Below, one piece after another: positions 27,373 to 32,000 of a DNA stretch of 32,000 bases. Position numbers and translations under genes: made by a program. The DNA lies in contig NZ_CP015137.1 in NCBI RefSeq assembly GCF_001644705.1, positions 1,710,001 to 1,742,000 of the forward strand. The letters run 5' to 3'. The stretch's first letter is position 1; the number at the start of each line of letters is the position of its first letter. The DNA comes from Dickeya solani IPO 2222. Lineage in GTDB: Bacteria; Pseudomonadota; Gammaproteobacteria; Enterobacterales; Enterobacteriaceae. The notes below the pieces were generated by a model, which was not told where the DNA came from, ran no database searches, and worked only from the letters and a program-made list of their open reading frames with translations.

Positions 27373-29790
27373 TTAATCACGCATCGTCCAGATACGTTTC
27401 TGATAATCATGAATTGCCCGATCGGCACTGAACATCCCCATACGGGCGGTATTCAGAATGCAGCGACGCGTCCATTCATCAGGTTCACGATACAGCTCAT
27501 CCACACGCTGTTGAGCCTGGCAGTAAGGTGCGAAATCGGCCAGCACCAGGTAGGGATCCCCCAGTTTCAGCAGGCTATCCAGCAGAGGGGCGAACGCCGT
27601 TTTATCCCCATGGCTGAATGTTCCGTCGGCCAGCTCGTCGAGGATTTCCTTTAGCAATGGATTCGCGGCAATGTAGCGAGTGGGTTTATAGCCGCCGGCG
27701 GTCAACGTTTTCACCTGTTCGACGGTATGCCCGAAGATAAACAGATTCTCCTCGCCCACTTCCTGCGCCATCTCCACATTGGCGCCGTCCAGGGTGCCCA
27801 CCGTCAGCGCGCCGTTCAACGCCAGCTTCATGTTGCCGGTACCGGACGCCTCCTTGCCCGCCGTGGAAATCTGCTCCGACACGTCAGCGGCCGGAATAAT
27901 CCGCTCCGCCAGCGAAACACGGTAATCCGGCAAAAAGACCACTTTCAGGCGATCATTCACCCGCTTGTCCCGGTTAATGTGCTCTGCCACGCAGTTGATG
28001 GCGTAAATAATGTTCTTTGCCAGTACGTACCCCGGCGCCGCCTTGGCGCCAAACAGAAAAAGGCGCGGCACGATATCCAATCCAGGGTCGGCAAGCAATC
28101 GCTTATACAGCGATAAAATGTGCAGCAAATTCAGATGCTGCCGCTTGTATTCATGCAACCGTTTGATTTGCACATCAAACAGCGAGGTAGGATCGATACG
28201 GATGCCGTATTCGCGCTGTAAAAATTGCGTCAGCTGCGTTTTGTTGTTCTGCTTGATGTCCCGGTAGCGGGCCCGGAACGCGCTGTCCTGCGCGTAGGGC
28301 GCCAGCCCGTCCAGCAGCGTCAGCCGGTTACCCCATTCGGTACGCAGGGTATCGTCAATCAGCGAAGAGAGCGCCGGATTGCACTGTTTCAGCCAGCGGC
28401 GCGGCGTAATGCCGTTGGTGACATTGTGAAACTTCGTCGGCCACAGTTGGTGATATTCCGGAAACAGGTCACGCACCACCAGATCAGAGTGCATCTGCGC
28501 CACCCCATTGACCGCAAAACAGGCCACCACGCACAGGTTCGCCATTCTGACCTGACGGCGATGCACCACCGCCAGCCGCGCCCAAACGTGCCTATCGCCC
28601 GGCCAGCGCGCGTCCACCTGCTGGTGCAGGCGCTCATTGATGGTTTTGATAATCGACAGATGACGCGGCAGCAGCCGGCCGAACAGCCGTTCGTCCCAGC
28701 ACTCCAGCGCCTCCGGCATCAGGGTATGATTGGTGTAAGCGAACAGGCGCCCGGTGAGCTTCCAGGCCTGTTCCCACGTCATTTGATGCTCGTCCACCAA
28801 CAGACGCAGGGTTTCGGGGATCGCCAGCGTCGGATGGGTATCGTTCAACTGCACCACTTCATAGTCGGGCAACGTCTCCAGAGGCCTTCCTGCGCGCTCA
28901 TGCCGCCGGAAGATGTCCGCTACGGCGCAGGCGCACTGAAAATACTGCTGCATCAGGCGCAGTTTTTTACCTGCCGCGTGATTGTCGTTCGGGTAAAGCA
29001 CCTTGGTCAGACTGGCGGCGGCGATGCCCTGTTGCTCGGCTTTCAGGTAATGGCCGGCGTTGAACTGCTCAAGATCAAACGGGTCGCTATGGGTGGCCTG
29101 CCACAACCGCAGCGGTTGCACCCTGCCATTGCGATAGCCGATAACCGGGATATCGGTGGCTTCGCCGACGATCATCTGTTCCGGTATCCAGCGCTCGCTG
29201 CCGTCCGCCTGTTTCACCAGTTCGCCGCCAAAGCCGACCTCCACTGCCAGCTCCGGACGCGGACGCGCCCAGGGGTAGCTGTCGCGCAGCCAGTCGTCCG
29301 GCGTTTCCCGCTGAAAGCCGGCGTCAAAATGCTGGCGGAACAAACCGTACTGATAATGCAGACCATAGCCGATCGCCGGCTGGCCGACCGTCGCCATTGC
29401 ATCCAGATAACAGGACGCCAGCCGTCCCAGCCCGCCGTTACCGAGCGCCGGGTCGGTTTCCTGCTCCAGCACATCGCTCAGCACCAGCCCCTGTTGCGCC
29501 AGTACCTCCGCCACCGCGTCATACCAACCCAGATTGAGCAGGTTGTTGCCGGTCAGGCGGCCGGGCAGGAACTCCATCGACAGGTAATTGACATGCCGCG
29601 GCGCCGCGGACGCGGCGTCGGGCGGGATCAGGTCGGCAGACGTCAACACATCCAGTTGCTCCGTCAGCGCGGCGCTCACCAGTTGCCAGCACTGACGCAA
29701 CGACAGCGCCTGCAAGGACGGTTGAGCGCACGCCTGCAACTGACGCTGCAGGGCGGCGGTGAACCGGGAAGGATTGAATGATGGTGACAT
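27373..29790 (-). CDS. malP: Maltodextrin phosphorylase (glycogen phosphorylase family)
   Basis: The product is colinear with E. coli MalP, including [22 protein letters not shown] and the PLP-Lys region [36 protein letters not shown] place the start at ATG 29790 ([10 protein letters not shown]..), preceded by GGAGAGAGG. The track start at 29841 would overlap glpR. Confidence 0.93.
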   Translation of the reverse strand: MSPSFNPSRFTAALQRQLQACAQPSLQALSLRQCWQLVSAALTEQLDVLTSADLIPPDAASAAPRHVNYLSMEFLPGRLTGNNLLNLGWYDAVAEVLAQQGLVLSDVLEQETDPALGNGGLGRLASCYLDAMATVGQPAIGYGLHYQYGLFRQHFDAGFQRETPDDWLRDSYPWARPRPELAVEVGFGGELVKQADGSERWIPEQMIVGEATDIPVIGYRNGRVQPLRLWQATHSDPFDLEQFNAGHYLKAEQQGIAAASLTKVLYPNDNHAAGKKLRLMQQYFQCACAVADIFRRHERAGRPLETLPDYEVVQLNDTHPTLAIPETLRLLVDEHQMTWEQAWKLTGRLFAYTNHTLMPEALECWDERLFGRLLPRHLSIIKTINERLHQQVDARWPGDRHVWARLAVVHRRQVRMANLCVVACFAVNGVAQMHSDLVVRDLFPEYHQLWPTKFHNVTNGITPRRWLKQCNPALSSLIDDTLRTEWGNRLTLLDGLAPYAQDSAFRARYRDIKQNNKTQLTQFLQREYGIRIDPTSLFDVQIKRLHEYKRQHLNLLHILSLYKRLLADPGLDIVPRLFLFGAKAAPGYVLAKNIIYAINCVAEHINRDKRVNDRLKVVFLPDYRVSLAERIIPAADVSEQISTAGKEASGTGNMKLALNGALTVGTLDGANVEMAQEVGEENLFIFGHTVEQVKTLTAGGYKPTRYIAANPLLKEILDELADGTFSHGDKTAFAPLLDSLLKLGDPYLVLADFAPYCQAQQRVDELYREPDEWTRRCILNTARMGMFSADRAIHDYQKRIWTMRD

Positions 29791-29834
29791 CGTGCCTCTC
29801 TCCTCTGTCAATGATGGAAAAAGGCACGTCGGGA

Positions 29835-30593
29835 TTAGCACAACTCCAACTGTACCTTATGTTGTTCAATGATTTTCAGCACACTGGGCGGTGGTAACTG
29901 ATCGGTAAAAAGATAGTCGATCAAATCCATGTTACCCAAATTGACCATAGCGTTACGGCCGAACTTCGAATGGTCCGTCACCAGCATCACACAGCGGGAA
30001 TTTTCGATAATCGCCCGCTTGGTGCGTACTTCGTGGTAATCAAACTCCAGCAATGAGCCGTCCATATCAATACCGCTGATTCCCAAAATGCCGAAATCGA
30101 GCCTGAACTGAGAAATGAAATCCAGCGTGGCCTCGCCGATGATGCCGCCATCCCGGCTGCGCACCTCGCCTCCCGCCAGAATCAGGCGAAAATCTTCTTT
30201 GGCGGTCAGCAACGTTGCCACATTCAGGTTGTTGGTGACCACCCGCAAATCTTTATGGTTCATCAACGCGTGGGCCACCGCTTCCGGCGTGGTACCGATA
30301 TCAATAAAAAGCGTAGCACCATCCGGAATCTGGCTGGCGACCTGCCTCGCAATCCTGGCTTTTTCATCCGACCACATCATCTTGCGATCGTGATAGGCGG
30401 TATTGACTGAACTGGAGGGCAACGCCGCTCCGCCATGATGACGATGGATCTTGTTCTGTTCCGCCAGATCGTTCAGATCACGGCGAATGGTCTGCGGGCT
30501 GACCGCAAAATGCTCCACCAGCTCCTCGGTACTGACGTATCCCTGCCGACGCACCAGGTCGATAATGGCGTCATGCCGCTGTGTTTGCTTCAC
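29835..30593 (-). CDS. glpR: DeoR-family glycerol-3-phosphate regulon repressor GlpR
   Basis: The 252-aa product reads (M)[38 protein letters not shown], matching E. coli GlpR. It has a GTG start with a GAGGGG Shine-Dalgarno. Confidence 0.93.
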   Translation of the reverse strand: MKQTQRHDAIIDLVRRQGYVSTEELVEHFAVSPQTIRRDLNDLAEQNKIHRHHGGAALPSSSVNTAYHDRKMMWSDEKARIARQVASQIPDGATLFIDIGTTPEAVAHALMNHKDLRVVTNNLNVATLLTAKEDFRLILAGGEVRSRDGGIIGEATLDFISQFRLDFGILGISGIDMDGSLLEFDYHEVRTKRAIIENSRCVMLVTDHSKFGRNAMVNLGNMDLIDYLFTDQLPPPSVLKIIEQHKVQLELC

Positions 30594-30596
30594 ATT

Positions 30597-30624
30597 GATC
30601 CCCTCAAACCGATCCCCTCAAATA
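30597..30624. repeat. 14-bp tandem duplication containing the glpR Shine-Dalgarno
   Basis: The units are gatcccctcaaacc / gatcccctcaaata. On the glpR strand each copy carries GAGGGG, and the proximal copy is 6 nt from the GTG start. Confidence 0.75.
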
Positions 30625-30750
30625 CCGACATGCCGTCATGCCGGCCAATTAAGAAACCACGCCGCGCAGGCAAAACAACGCACGGCGATGCAGTAGCCAC
30701 TGCGCGCCCTTCTGCCACTCATTCGGATTTCGGTAAACGGTATGATGGCA

Positions 30751-31575
30751 TTAGCGGTGTCTGTTGCGTGTATCCCACCAGGCCATCAGCAAACCGACGA
30801 CCAGCCCCGCAACATGCGCCGCATTGGCGATCGACATGCCCAAAATATCGAAATAGCCCGCCACCAGCCACACCAGCGCGAACGCCATCAAACCACGCTG
30901 AAGATGCAGCGAGCCATCCGGCTCACGCTCGCCGCGCAGCCAGACGTACCCCATCAGGGCATACACCACGCCGGACAGACCGCCGAAATAGACACCGCTG
31001 AACCAGGACTGCACCCAACCGCTGAGCGCAGATGACAATAACAGAATCACGCACAAGCGCCGGGTGCCGAGCACTCGCTCCACCGGGCCGCCGAGATACC
31101 ACCACCACATCAGGTTGAACAGCAGATGCAACAGCGAGAAATGCAGCAGCGCGTGGCTGAACCAGCGCCAGAGCTGCAGGGTCTGCACGTTGTCCGGAAA
31201 GGCTAACAGCACCATCATGCGCTCTACGCCGTAGACCTGCATCAACAGGTAGACGGCGATGGCGACCACCAGCACGCCCAGCGTCAGCGGCCCCGCGCGC
31301 TGGCGCAGCGTCTGCAAATAAGAAAACGACGGGTAGCGCAGCCCGCTGTTGGTAGTGCCGTTCTGCCAGCTGGCCGCCTGATAGCGCTCATGCCAGGGCT
31401 CCTGCAGAAAGCGCGCCAGTTCCTGCTTCACCCGCTCCTGCTGGCTTTCATCCGGCAGCCAGATATCCACTTCGCTCCCGTTGATGCGGACAACCAGTCG
31501 CACCTGATGCGTGTGCATATAGTCGACAAACGCCTGCGCCAGACGCGGATTGGATAACGCAACAATTCGGATCAT
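30751..31575 (-). CDS. glpG: Rhomboid intramembrane serine protease GlpG
   Basis: The product is colinear with E. coli GlpG ([30 protein letters not shown], catalytic [18 protein letters not shown] and AHVAGL). I prefer ATG 31575 ([11 protein letters not shown]). The GTG at 31596 from the track is an alternative start. Confidence 0.85.
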   Translation of the reverse strand: MIRIVALSNPRLAQAFVDYMHTHQVRLVVRINGSEVDIWLPDESQQERVKQELARFLQEPWHERYQAASWQNGTTNSGLRYPSFSYLQTLRQRAGPLTLGVLVVAIAVYLLMQVYGVERMMVLLAFPDNVQTLQLWRWFSHALLHFSLLHLLFNLMWWWYLGGPVERVLGTRRLCVILLLSSALSGWVQSWFSGVYFGGLSGVVYALMGYVWLRGEREPDGSLHLQRGLMAFALVWLVAGYFDILGMSIANAAHVAGLVVGLLMAWWDTRNRHR

Positions 31576-31852
31576 GACAATAGCCCAACGCTTCACACCA
31601 ATGAATTTATGTCTTCGATTCTAAAACATTTACCGCCCGGAGCGCAGCGCAATAACCGTGCATAACCCCTGCTATTTCCGTTTGGATGTGATGGCTTTCA
31701 CATCTCTCAGGCATTAGTCATGACAGGCTCCCTGACGACCGGCGGGTACGCTGCGGATTTTTGTTTACTTCCGTTTTGTCCGACATCCTATGATCGCGGT
31801 CACTTTTCAACCAGGGCGGCTCCATTACTCTCATTCAAGAGGTGTTAAGGGT

Positions 31853-32000
31853 ATGTTTCTTGAAGAACGCAGAAACAAGATTCTGGAATATTTGGATCAA
31901 TACGATCGTGCCAGCGTGGAATATCTGGCCGCTATTTTCTCTGTCACCAGGGAAACCATACGCAGTGATCTGAATGCCCTGGCCCGGCAACGGTTGGTTC
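31853..32000 (+). CDS. DeoR-family transcriptional regulator, N-terminal HTH part (runs off the right edge)
   Basis: MFLEERRNKILEYLDQYDRASVEYLAAIFSVTRETIRSDLNALARQRLV is a typical DeoR N-terminal wHTH. An AAGAGGTG Shine-Dalgarno lies 8 nt upstream. Confidence 0.8.
   Translation, partial: MFLEERRNKILEYLDQYDRASVEYLAAIFSVTRETIRSDLNALARQRLV

Overview
This window is a GC-rich core chromosomal segment from an Enterobacterales genome. Protein similarity and composition suggest a Dickeya- or Pectobacteriaceae-like organism, but I cannot verify that. Gene order is colinear with the E. coli K-12 aroK-hofQPONM / mrcA / nudE / igaA / yrfG-hslR-hslO / pckA / envZ-ompR / greB / tex(yhgF) / bioH / gntX-nfuA / malQP / glpRG region. 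All of these genes look intact, and I recognise most by direct recall of the E. coli protein sequences. There are six departures from that core layout. (1) A roughly 0.6-0.8 kb AT-rich islet lies between tex and bioH, where E. coli carries feoABC-yhgA. It encodes one orphan 160-aa protein that I cannot assign to a family. Its His-Gly...Cys arrangement resembles the catalytic dyad of clan CD (caspase-like) cysteine peptidases. (2) An extra 569-aa two-domain acyltransferase sits between greB and tex. It joins a PlsC-like domain to an OlsB/GNAT-like domain, the architecture of the ornithine-lipid synthase OlsF. (3) glpR abuts malP with only 44 bp between them, and malT/rtc are absent. (4) There is no glpE upstream of glpG. 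(5) There is no gntT between nfuA and malQ. (6) Short tandem duplications (13-20 bp units) recur at gene ends: inside hofM, after mrcA, across the greB stop, across the acyltransferase stop, over the glpR Shine-Dalgarno, and in degenerate form after nfuA. I found no tRNA or rRNA genes, no CRISPR array, and no recognisable IS element, transposase or integrase. Many long ORFs in the track are antisense shadows of real GC-rich genes and were rejected.
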